Translations under genes and position numbers: made by a program
In this document: piece after piece, positions 1 through 12,015 of the stretch
How positions within the stretch are numbered: position 1 is the first letter of the stretch
Layout of the letters: every line of letters starts with the position of its first letter
Notes under the pieces: generated by a model
The model's database searches: none
Told to the model about the DNA's origin: nothing
Seen by the model: only the letters and a program-made list of their open reading frames with translations
Assembly: GCA_050084985.1 (NCBI GenBank)
Contig: JBITNC010000002.1
Location: forward strand, 18,600,001-18,664,000
Length of the DNA: 64,000 nt
Reading direction: 5' to 3'
DNA from: Nageia nagi
Taxonomy: Eukaryota; Plantae; Pinophyta

Positions 1-2281
1 CCCTAGTACTAGCTATGCCAGACTTCTCTAAAAATTTCATCATTGAAAGTGATGCCTCAGGTGTAGGACTTAGAGTTGTATTAATGTAGGAAGGATGACC
101 CTTGGCATTCACAAGCAAGGCTCTTTCAAGTCAAAATCTAGCCAAATCCACCTATGAAAAAGAAATGATAGCAATCATCCATGTTGTTCAGCGTTAGAGA
201 CCGTACCTCATTGGTTTTCATTTCACCATTCAAAAAGATCATCATAGCTTGAAATACTTCTTGGAACAAGGCATCTCCACCCTTGAATAAGAAAAATGGA
301 TTTCGAAACTTTTGGAGTATGACTATGAAATTATGTACAGACAAGGTAGTGAGAATGTTGTAGCCGATGACTTGTCTCATAAATTTGAGGAACCTATGGC
401 ATTATAGGCTTTTTTCTCCCCTATTAGTCAATGGATTGATCAGGTCAAACAAGAATGGCTTTAGGAAAATATCTCATAAATGCTAATCCAATAGTTATAA
501 ACTGATCCAACTAGCAACCCCCCTTTTCTTGGGTTGATGGAATTCTAAGATTCAAAGGTCATTTTTCCTTGATGATAAATTTTGCATGTTGAGAGTATAT
601 ACTCCAAGAGTTAAATGTGACACCAATAATTGGACAATTTGGATTTTTTAAAACCTATCAACGTGTGCTTCGTTCCTTCTACTCGCTAGTTATGAAACAA
701 GATATCGAGAATTTCTATGAAATAAGATATAAAAAAAATTATGTCAGAATGTGATGTTTGTCAGAGTAAAAAATGCAAGATAGTGGGGAACCTAAGACTA
801 CTTCAGCCTCTACCTATCCCAAAGCATAATTGGAAATAGATCTCCATGTATTTCATTGAAGGCCTTCCCAAATCCTATGACAAAGCAATTATCTTGGTAG
901 TGGTGGATCGACTCTCTAAATATGTATATTTCTATTCATTGGCACATCTCTACAAAGTTGTGAATGTGATGTAATTATTTCTTGATAACATCTTCAAAAT
1001 CCATGGTACGCCCACTACCATTGTCAATGATTGAGACCTAGCATTTACCAATAAATTTTGGTAAGAGTTCTTTAAACTTTAGGGCATTACACTCAATATG
1101 AGCTCAGTGTATCACCTTGAGATAGATGGTTAGATAGATATTATGAACAAATTCCTAGAAATATATCTTTATTACTTTGCATTTGCCCAACTAGTCCATT
1201 GGGTCAAATGGATTCCCTTAGCCTAATGGTGGTATAACACTTCTTATCACACATCCATCAAGATGACTCCATTTGAAGCCTTATATGATCAACCCCCATC
1301 CATAGTCACATCCTATATCCTGGGAAGCACTAATGTTCAAGCAGTTGACACCACCTTATCCAATCAAGGAGAGATATTTTTCATCCTTTGGCAAAAACTT
1401 CAGATGGCTCAACATTGGAAGAAATAACAAGCTGATCAATAATAGATCGAGTGATAATTCCAAGAAGGTGATATGATTTTCTTAAGGCTTCAACCATACT
1501 AGCAAACTTTCTTTAGATTAAAAGGTACCCAAAAATTGGCCCCATGATTTTATGGACCTTATAAGATACTCCAACGCATTGGCCCTATAGCTTACAAGTT
1601 GGCACTTTCAGCTTCATCAAATATTCACCCTATTTTTCATGTCTCATGCTTGAAGCAAGTACTGGGTGACCAAAACACCATTCAAATTGAATTACCAGAT
1701 TTCACTAAGGAAGGTTCAATCATGGTTGAACTCGAGATTATCTTAGATCGTTGCACATGCTAGCTCCATAATAATAGAATTACTAAAGTTCTAATCTAGT
1801 GGCATAGCTTAGCTTCTGAAGATGCAACATGGGAGACTCCCCACTAGCTATAGCAATAATTCCCTAATTTTTTAGCTTTAACGATAAAGTTGTTCCCAAG
1901 AGGGGTGGCATGTTAGGATCTTACATCCTAAAATTTAATTAGGCTATAGCAATTTATTAAATTAGACTATAGGCTTTTGTTAAATATTAAGGGCCGACAT
2001 ATTTGTAATGTGAATTACCATTTTGTATGGACCGACTAAATTAGGGTTAGGGTAGGTGGATTATAAATACTTATGGTGAAGGCATTTGTAAGCATCTTGA
2101 AAATGATATTGTTTAGATTGGAATAGGAGGTAGCTACCTCAAAGAGTCTCATGATTCATTTTGGCTTTCTATTATATAAATCTGTTGTTATTATGTTCCA
2201 TCATGATATTGAATGCTTGTTGAAGTTTGAACTTTCTATTTTCTATGCGAATCCCTTTGTGGAACTCGTAGGTTCCTAACA
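1..2281 (+). mobile_element. Degenerate Ty3/Gypsy chromovirus (Reina-like), 3' part: RNase H, integrase, chromodomain, PPT, 3' LTR
   Basis: Stop-interrupted + strand translation gives FIIESDASGVG...PLAFTSKALS...KSTYEKEMIAI (RNase H), ECDVCQ and LLQPLPIP...FIEGLPKS...ILVVVDRLSKY (integrase), and EIILDR...KVLI*WHSLASEDATWE (chromodomain). A polypurine tract AAGAGGGGTGGCA (~1898-1910) immediately precedes the LTR. The element runs off the window start. Confidence 0.92.
1911..2281 (+). repeat. 3' LTR (371 bp) of the chromoviral Gypsy element
   Basis: Begins TGTTAGGA directly after the PPT and ends TCCTAACA, a perfect 8-bp terminal inverted repeat. Internal TATAAATA at ~2062. Confidence 0.88.
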
Positions 2282-2703
2282 TTATGTTTCATATTTTGTT
2301 GAGCTAGTGCATAATATGGAACTTATCATTATAATTCATTTGAAAACTTTTCCACATGACTATAGAATATGAGCCTCTTGATACATATTGTCATAATAAT
2401 TCTCTAAGAAAGGGTATTTTATTTTCCTTTCATGGAGAAGATTCTAAGGTATTCCTCCATCCATGCGTATGTTTAGAAACATATCAATCATTCCTAGTAG
2501 GTTCACTTTGTATGTAGCCTACTCTAACTTTTTAGTAAGGCAAAAATTGATATTAGTGTTTGCAAGGATTATCTAATGATTTTGTAATTATAGATATCTT
2601 TATAGTTTTGTAAAATAATTTTGTAGAGTACTTAGGCAAAAAAAGATAAAATAAGTTTCATCCTAGTTATTACATTTATATGCTTTGTGGTTCCTTAAGG
2701 TAG

Positions 2704-2840
2704 GTATCAAGAGGTGTGTTTAGTATCTATGTTCATTACTCATAGTCGGTTTAGTATTAGCAGGTATATTTAGTATTTATGTTCGTTACTCATAGCCGAT
2801 TTAGTATCAAGAGGTGTATTTAGTATCTATGTTCATTACA
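2704..2840. repeat. 50-bp tandem repeat, ~2.7 copies
   Basis: GTATCAAGAGGTGT recurs at 2704 and 2804, with a diverged copy at 2754. The period is 50 bp. Confidence 0.85.
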
Positions 2841-3119
2841 TTTATGATTCTAAAGATTAGATTTAAACAAAATTCCATAAAAAACATAAATAATAAAATA
2901 CCAAAAACATGATATTTTATTATAAAAAACCCAAAAAATAATGATGATGATTACTCGAGCTTACTTGGATAATGCTAGGTGTAAATCAAGATAAATGGAG
3001 TAGGATCAGTGAAATAGGGATCTTGAAATTATTGTTGCATTACTTAGGGTTGGTTGGGAGTTGTAGGCTATGAAGTTTGAATGAGCTCTATGGCCTGCAT
3101 CGTGGTATTTAAGTTTCAC

Positions 3120-3370
3120 ATATTGGGATCCTGATATATCAAGATCCTAAAATATTGAGATCCTGATATAGGTTTGGGTGACGAATCCATATGAGATCTT
3201 GATATTTCTTAGGATCGAGATATCAAAAAATTGAGATCCTGATATTTTAGTATCCCAATATAGGTTTGGGTGATGAACCCATATTAGGATCTTGATATCT
3301 CTTAGGATTGGGGTCTAAAAAAATCTAGATCTCGATTTGTTTAATATTGGGATCCCTATTTTTCTGATCC
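3120..3370. repeat. GATC-rich short-motif repeat cluster (GATCCTGATAT-like) with an internal ~95-bp duplication; probable DNA-transposon subterminal region
   Basis: Repeated GAGATCCTGATAT/GGATCTTGATAT motifs. ATATAGGTTTGGGTGA occurs twice (~3166 and ~3257). Confidence 0.55.
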
Positions 3371-3453
3371 TAAAGTTTACTCCATACTTCCTCTTTAAGT
3401 GGACCCAACTTCTTACTTCCACCCATAAAACCAAACTCTAAGATAATAGGGCA

Positions 3454-5568
3454 TATTCCAAATACAATACCTTTGTTGTAGGATATGGAAACTGATGATA
3501 AAGAACTACTTCTCTTCCAACATAGAGAAAAGTTGGCAAATAATTACATTTAGGTTATTAAAGATAAACCCAAAACTATTATTAGATATGTGAAGAATAT
3601 TCAAGTACATCATGATTGCCATACTACAACCAAGTTTATATCCATGTTTATTGCAAGGGATATTGTTTCCAAGGATACAAATTGATTCCATATCGACCTT
3701 GATAGACATAATTTTAGGGAGCATTTAAATAGTAAGGGTTTTGTTTGAATAAAATGGGGGATGGACAAATAACTAGATGTGGATATATCTTTCTCATAAA
3801 ATTATGATAACAACCCTAATAGATAATGTATTCAAAATTTATATTCCCAAACAAGCTTCTACATAAATCTATGATATTCCTCGACAAGCTTCCTAGACAA
3901 GTTTGAATATTACGACTAACTATTTATTTACACCTTGTCGAATTTAGAAATCCTAATCATAAGGACTTTACTCTAGTCTCACTACGAATTCAAACATGTA
4001 AACCACATAATGCCCTAGGATTTTTATACAACTTATGTGAAGCAAAACTCTACAGTAATGGTTCCTGTTCTGCAATAGTTGAAGGATCTTGGTGGAAAGG
4101 CTATTTTTCAACAATGAACAAATGAAGAGGAGAATCTACAACAATGATCTCACTTTCTCTTATTTCAACATAATGATTAATGATTATGTTATGAGTTTAG
4201 GGTTTTCTTTCCTTTTAAATTTGCAAGAATACATCAAGTGTGTCTATCATAATAACTTTATAACATGTATATATTGTGTACGGATATCATACAATAAATA
4301 AAATAAATAAATGCTTGCAAGTAGGTTGCTGACAATGTATTTGATATACGCACAAGATAGAATATATGATATACAAATGAGATAAGATATGCAATATATG
4401 TACGTAATATGCATAGTGATATACACACAAGATACAATTTTTTACCAGAAAGTAGGTGGCCAAAAAAATAATTGATATATGCACAAGTTATCATTACTTA
4501 TTGCCAAAAAGAGATTTTTGATATACATACGACATAAAAATATGATATACATACATAATATTTATAGCGATATATGCTCAAAATATTAAACATGATATAT
4601 GCACATAATGTGTATAGTGATTACGTACGGGATACAATTTTCGTCAGAAAGCATGTTTCTTGAAAAATACATGATATACACATGTAATAGTTATGATATA
4701 TGAACAAGCTATCATTATCAGCATAAAGTAATCACCGAAAATATATGTAATATATGTACAAAATATTATAAATGATATACGTATGCAGTATGCAATCTCA
4801 TCGAAAAGTAGATGTTAAAAATATACTTGATATACATATGTAATACATAGAATTATATACACATAATATAATTACACCGAAAAAAACACTTCCCAAAAAA
4901 AAAGTAGAAAAACGAAAATAAATAAGAATTTTGATATACAAAGAGACTATATGATCACGTTTTGATGATCGGTAGCCTTTTCCTTTGGTAAGTGGAATAT
5001 TAAAATAAGCAAGTGCATAAATTACACAAGTCAAAAGGAAAGTCTGTATGTAAGGTAAGAAGTGATGTCACTATTCATAACCCCTCCTTCTTTGGCATTG
5101 GCGTCCTATTCCTAGCCGCTGAATAATTGCAGACTGTGAAAAGTTCTGCCCCGTTCAGGGAACCTGGAACAAAATTACAAATGCTACTCTAGCTTATAGT
5201 AGGTATACTTTAGTTGGTGAAGTGGGGAAGCATGTGGCGTTAGTGTGGACAGATTAAAGGTTAGGTGTTAGATTAAATTAACTAGTGAGTAAATATTATA
5301 TCTGATAGAAACCGAAATGCCTGGTAAAGGTAATTTCATTAGATTTGCGTGGTAGACACTCTTTTCTGAAAAATCTCTGACGCACAGAGCTTAACTTTTA
5401 GCTGCAGACAGGTTGACTTCCACCCTAACTCTCCTTGTATATATATACAGACCACAGATTTCAAATTTGTGATTCATTCTTAGGCGTGAATCCATCTTTT
5501 ATACTGTATTATTGTGATCTGGGTGTTTATAAATTAGTATATTATAGTTGTTGTGAGGGGTAATCTGT
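3454..5568 (+). repeat. Segmental duplicate of the MYB upstream region (paralogous to 30990-33105)
   Basis: Colinear similarity from TATTCCAAATACAATACCTTTGTTG (3454 vs 30990) to TTGTGAGGG.TAATCTGT (5568 vs 33105). Confidence 0.93.
4975..5568 (+). promoter_or_regulatory. Orphan copy of the MYB promoter/5' leader with no downstream gene
   Basis: Near-identical blocks to 32360-33105, e.g. GTGAAAAGTTCTGCCCCGTTCAGGGAACCTGGAACAAAATTACAAATG and GCTGCAGACAGGTTGACT. TATA-like run at ~5438. Similarity stops 30 bp before the position of the ATG. Confidence 0.8.
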
Positions 5569-8180
5569 TTACATATAAAAATGACATTGTACGTTGATGT
5601 GTTTAGTGCATTCGTGGAATACGGATTATGAATAAGCTTCGAAACCTTGAAATTTGTTGTGTTTCTTAATTAAATTTACATGACGATTTCAACATTGTAA
5701 TATCCATTAATATATAATTAATTTTTTTATGTTCTTTTAAATACATTAATAATATAATTAAATTATTCCTTCTCTAGATTAAACATAAATAATTTTAATT
5801 ATACATAAATATTTTTAAATAAAAAATATGTATGAATATCATTATCATATATTAATATTTAAAAAAACAAAAAAATTAATTTTTTTAGTATTTAATATGT
5901 ATTTTTGGTGGAAATAAAAAAAATATGTATGTTTTATAGGTTATGGTTAATTAAAAGCATTGATTGTAAAAATGTTTAAAAAGGTTAAAAACATTCAATA
6001 CGGGCATCAAATTTCAACCGTGTTGATTATTATAGTATAGAGTTATTGAAGTTCATGGTATTTCCATTCTTATTAAGCTCCGTTTCAATCATATTGCCTC
6101 ACAAATGACTCCTCTTGCAACATGGTATTAATCTTTTATGGAAGATTGAGCAATCATTTATTGTTTTTTGTTTTCCCATGATATAAATCCAAATCTAAGA
6201 AAGAATATACAACCATGTGTGGATTCTCTATAATCAATAAATCCTACATAATTTGCATCTGTGTAGCGAGTTAATAGGAATTGATTGCTCTTCTTAAATT
6301 CTAGACCATATTCAATAGTACCATGAAAATAACTTAATACATGCTTTCTTACCTTCCAATGATACTCTTTTAGCTCTTGCATTAATTAGGAAAGGCTATA
6401 AAGTTGATATTTAGCCTATTTTAAATTAGGTAAAGGACACTCCCAAAACATTGATGATAGAGAGTGACATTCACATGTGGAGATGTTTCATATCATGATA
6501 GCTAAAGCCTTGGTTTCATACACTTGATTTTTTGATTCAAATATATCATGACATATTTTTCATACCTTTAAATAAATATAATAATGTAGAAGTCTAATAT
6601 CGATCACATTAAAGGATTTTTCAAATTATTCTTTGTTGTAAAAATCAAGTCCTCATAATTACATGTCATGATTAAATTATTGACATATATAATGATGATC
6701 ATAAATTCCCTTTTCTGCTCTCTATGGTATAGGTTTGAATCATATGGACTTCTCTTAAGACCATGCAATTGATTAAGCTAGTATAATTATTCAAAAGTAT
6801 TTGAGTTCCCTTGAGCAAACTTTATATTGGAAGAATTAAAATAATTTATAGTTTAACCTCCAAAGAAGGTTAACTCCGTGTTAGAATTTTTTCAAAAGAA
6901 GATACAAAAAGAACAAGAGATAGAGAAACCTACCAACTAGATGCCAGACAATGTATTGAGAGGTAGATTCCTATATGGATGAAAACTTAGACAACAACAA
7001 AATATAACTAAATAAAGTAAAATACTACCGCAAAGAATCACTTAATAGACATAAAATGCAAACATAGTTAACAAAAAAGTATTACAAGTGCAAGTATCAA
7101 TAAAATTCATATAAACTCATTAATATGAACCTATTCAACCCTTCTAATTGTGATAGGTTAAGTAACTTTATATTTAAATTGGTAAAATTACAGTTTAGCT
7201 AATAAAAATAATTTTTTTATATTATTTAACCCTTTCTTTAGAGACCATAATTGTCTTCTATGGAATTTTCTCTATTGCAAGAAAAATAAAACTACTGCTA
7301 CTAAAAATACAATGCATGTACATGAAGAATGCATGGCAAAGAGAAACTATAGTACAAATCATAAAAGAAAATAACTTAAAAAGGTCTTTGCATAGTTTTC
7401 CAATTAGTGTTTTTTTTTATATTTATATAAGTATGAGATACTTCGTATTTAATAATCTCTATGAATGGAACAAGAATGAGTATGTATGGCTAGCTAATAC
7501 TAGAGTTTTAGGCATTTAAACTTATTACATGATTATCTTAATTTGGACTAGAAATTTTTGAATGGTTGATATCACTCATCTAGCAATGAACTCTTGAGGA
7601 GTATTTTTTCATATTAAAGAATAATTGCAAGCTTTTGTATTAAATATTCTACTTTAAAACTCTAATTATTGTATTTTCTAATTTTTTGAGCATTTACATA
7701 TCATGATGCAGATCACTATTTGTGAAGAAGGATTCTAACATATTTTTTGGCTTCTTCACTTTTATTAATGCTATTAGACCTTGTCTTTGGGATTATTTTT
7801 ATTATTGGATATGAACTTCAAATGCTCTCTTATTTATGTAGTATTTAAAAAAAATTCTAAAACCTTTACTTTAGATCTCTTTTTTTATGATTTCAACCTC
7901 TTACCTATGTATGGCTCTATTTTAATGTATTATAAAGTGATTTTATAGGCCATGAAGAAGCTTAATTATCTTGATCATACAAAGAATTTATATACTTGTA
8001 TCATATCCTTCAAAAAATAGTTCTTTAATCAAATAGAGGAAAAAATGGCTAAGTTGTTTGTACAAAATTAGGATATATATAAAATCTTTTGATTCAATAT
8101 CTATTAATATCCCTATTCTTAACTACATTCTTTGGTTCCTATAGGGATTTTTTCTTGCAAAATTATAAAAACCTTTATAA
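5569..8180. repeat. Copy A of a triplicated block (MYB downstream flank) containing a decayed minus-strand Copia RT/RNase H fragment
   Basis: Colinear with 9515-11998 and 39104-40575. ORF 6158-6382 (-) reads YTDANYVGFIDYRESTHGCIFFLRFGFISWENKKQ, matching the Copia GYTDADWAG..DRKSTSGY.F.LG...ISW.SKKQ motif. Confidence 0.88.
5647..6026. mobile_element. MITE/fold-back-like AT-rich insertion (~375 bp)
   Basis: Absent from paralogous blocks (39281 and 9717 read ...CTTGATT.TCATAG). Near-terminal inverted repeats TTGAAATTTGTTG / CATCAAATTTCAA (12/13). TTGA occurs on both sides, and there is an internal imperfect inverted repeat (~5717-5750 vs ~5850-5880). Confidence 0.65.
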
Positions 8181-9514
8181 ATATTATTAGTAGGAGAGAA
8201 TTATGAAAGGAATTCTAATAATATTCATAGCAAATAAATTGATTCCAATAAAATAGAATAGTGATATCAAGAGTAATTATTGAAGCTAAGGAGAAGATAG
8301 CCAAAGTAAAGATCAAAGATATGTTTCAAACTAATCAATAATAAATAAAGTAATAAGGAAGAGTTGAAAAACTATAAAAAAAATCATCATACCTTCTCAT
8401 AATAGGTTGATGACATATAAATCTAGAATTCAAGGATAGAAGAAGACAAATATGAATAATGTGTATAAATAAAAAAAAAAAATGAGCAGATAATAAAGAA
8501 GTAAAAGATAAAACTAATAACTATCCATTACCAAATACATTGTAATAGGAACATCTCTTACTATTATTACCATTATTTGATGTTCTTTTTATAGTTAACT
8601 ATTATTAATATATAATTTACCCCATTTTAAATTTATTTTATGTTCAAATCCTTTACTATTCAAAAATTTCCATTATTTTTATTTATTTTATCTTGCTCTC
8701 ATTTGTAGGAAAGAACCTTAACCATTAGAATTTACTAAAATCACCAAATCAGTCAATAGTTTTGTTACCTAGACTCATAAAAATTAGATAACTAAGAACT
8801 TATCATATATCTGTAAAAGAAAATAAATGTGATTGAATAAGAAATTACTCTTAATGCTTTGTCCTACTTTTAATGTGGATAAGGTACTAAGATATGGGAA
8901 GAATATGGGGATGATGAGGGATAATTAAGAATCATCAACTATTACAAGAGGCATCCTAATGATAGAAATATTAAACGAAATAATAATTCATTTGTAGGAG
9001 ATAAGAAAAAGGAACATTGAGAGGTATTCAATAAGTGAAAAATGAAACTAGAGAAAAGGAAGTTCTACATACAAAATAATTTAAGAGTTTGAGGAAAAGA
9101 GGAAAAACTCCTTGAGATAAAAATAAATAAAATCTAGGAGGATTGATGGGAATTAAAATGCAAAGCATTGATGATATACTAACTAAGGACTTACTACCAC
9201 CAGAAATAAAGGTAAACTATGATGAGGCTATGATGATTGAGGCATGCCCAATAGAAATCAAATAACTAGAAAAGAGTAATAACTAATTAGAATAATCAAA
9301 TCCTTTGGATAAAATAGAAACCCTCCTCCATTATTATGATATTTTAAAGTATGTAATGATTTCCATATTGATATGATGCTAACTTATCTAAGCAAATGAC
9401 CAAGAGAACCCTCATCTACCCTTTTAATCTCTCCATCCTAAGAAGTATACAAAAAAAATATCAAGGATGAGGCTTCATATTGAGTTGGGGAGGATGTTAA
9501 CATAAGACAATTTT

Positions 9515-10380
9515 GATTATAAACTATAATGATATGATAATAGTATTAAAAATATTTACTAGATAGTTTAAATTTTATTGACAGGAAGTCTCAAAAAATC
9601 TCAAATTTAGTACAAGTGGTTTGTTACTTAATATATTTATGTATAAAAATGATATTATACTTCAATATGTTTAGTACGTTCATGGAATATTGGATTGCAA
9701 AAAATATTCAAAACACTTGATTATCATAGCATAAAATTGTTGAATTTTATGGTATGTCCATGCTTATTAATATTCATTTCAACCATATTGCCTCATATAT
9801 GACTCCTCTTGTAACACAATAATAATATTTTATGTAAGATTAATTATTTATTATTTTTTGCTTTCCCATGATATTTTTCCATATCTAATAATGAATATAT
9901 AATTACATGTGGATCTTATATCATCAATAGATCCTACATAATCTGCATTTGTGTAGTGAGTTAATAGGAACTGGTCACTCTTCTTAAATTCTAGACCATA
10001 TGCAATAGTAACATAAATATAACTTAATATATACTTTGTTACCTTCCAATGATACTCTTTTTGCTCTTGTATGAATTGACAAAGGTAACTTATTACAAAG
10101 TTAAAACATTTGGCCTATTTTAAGTTAGGTAAATGATACCCAAAATAAATTGTTGATAGAGAGTGACATTCACATGTGGAAATGATTCATATTACAATAA
10201 TTAAAGTATTGGTTATTTATATCTGATTTTTAATTCAAATATATCATGGCATGTTTGTCACACCTTTAAAGAAAGATACTAAAAATAAAATTCCAATATT
10301 TTTCATGTTAAAGAATTTTTTCAAATTATTCTTTATTGTAAAAATCAAGTCCACAAAACTACTTATGATGGCTAAACTGT

Positions 10381-10473
<93 letters not shown>

Positions 10474-11998
10474 GATGATTGTAAATTTCCTCTTTTGCTC
10501 TTTATGATGTTGGTTTAAATCATATGTACTTCTCTTGATACCATGCAATTGATTAACCTATTACAATTATTCAATGTATTTAAGCATCCTTGACGAAAGT
10601 GCATATTGGAAGAATTAGAATAATCTCTAGTTTAGCCTCCAGAGAAGGTCAACTCCTTACTATGTTTTTTAAAAAAGAAAGAGATAAAAAGAGATAGAGA
10701 GATCTAAAAACTATGCCAAATCAGGTAATGTACTTATAGGTAGATTCTTATATAGATGAAAACTTATACAACAACAAAATATTTAAGTAAATAAATTAAA
10801 ATAATATAAAAAAGCATCACCTAATAGACATAAAATGCAATCATAGTGGATGAAGAAAGTAGTACAGGTGCAAGAAAGATCAATGTAAACTCATCAATGA
10901 TTAATAAATAACTTTATATTTGAATTGATATATTATAGTCAAGATGATAAAATGAAAAAAAAACTTGATATTATTTAATCCTTTATTTGGAGACCACAAT
11001 CACATTTTATTAAATTAAAAACTTGATATTATTTAATCCTTTATTTAGAGAGCATAATAATCTTTCATTAAATTTTCTATGTTGCAAGAAAAATAAAACT
11101 ATTGCTATAAAAATTATAATGCATGCACATGTAGAATGCATGTATGATAAATAATATGGTAAAAATCATAATAAAAAATAACTTAAAAATATTTTTTCAT
11201 GGGCTTACAAGTATCATTTTTATCTTGCAATGGTGATTCAAGGCACTTGGTATTCAATAATCTCTATGATTGGAACACACATAAGTGTGCATGGCTAGCT
11301 GATTGTTTTAGTCATTTAAACTTATTGCATAATTATGTAAATTTGGATAAGATATTTTTGAGTGGATGATATCACTCATCCAACTATGAACTCTTGAGGA
11401 ATGATTTTTCATATTAAAGAATAGTTGTAAGCTTCTATATTAAGAAATCTAATTTACAACTCTAAGTGTCAAATTTACTATTTTTTCTTGGAACTATATA
11501 TGATAATATAGATCAATACTTTTGGGGAAGGATTCTAACATTGCATAACATATTGTTTTGGTTTCTTCACTTTTCTTAATGCTCTTAAACCTTGTCTTTG
11601 GGCCTTCTTCTTTTATTATCTTCTCTAGACTTTTGCTACTTTATTATTGATGTAGTATTGAAAAATAGTCTAGAACCTTTACTAAGTTAGCTATCATTTG
11701 CTTATGGTTTTGACCTCTTACCTACATTTGGCTTGGTTTTAATATACAATAAAGTGATTTTTTAGGCCATGAAGAAGCATAATTACCTCAAGCATATAAA
11801 GAAGCTATACTTGCATCACGTCCTTTAAAAACCTAGTTGTTTAGTAAAATAGAGGAAAAAGATGGCTAAGTTATTTATAAAAAATTGGGATATATCTCAA
11901 AATTTTTGGTTCAATTTGCATAACTATCTTTATTCTTAACTACATTCTTTGGTACCTCTAGATATGTTTTCTTGCAAACTTATGAAAATCTCAATCAA
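9515..11998. repeat. Copy B of the triplicated downstream block
   Basis: Shared anchors such as CTTCTTAAATTCTAGACCATAT, GAGAGTGACATTCACATGTGGA and TAACTACATTCTTTGGT with copy A. The start matches 39104 (GATT.TAAACTA). Confidence 0.88.
10383..10471. repeat. (AT)44 microsatellite
   Basis: Uninterrupted AT run. Confidence 0.97.
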
Positions 11999-12015
11999 TA
12001 TCTTTATTTTTGGGT

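Noticed and set aside
10251-10472. ORFs ending in or containing IYIYIY tracts (also 20565-20861)
   Set aside because: Artefacts of (AT)n microsatellites.
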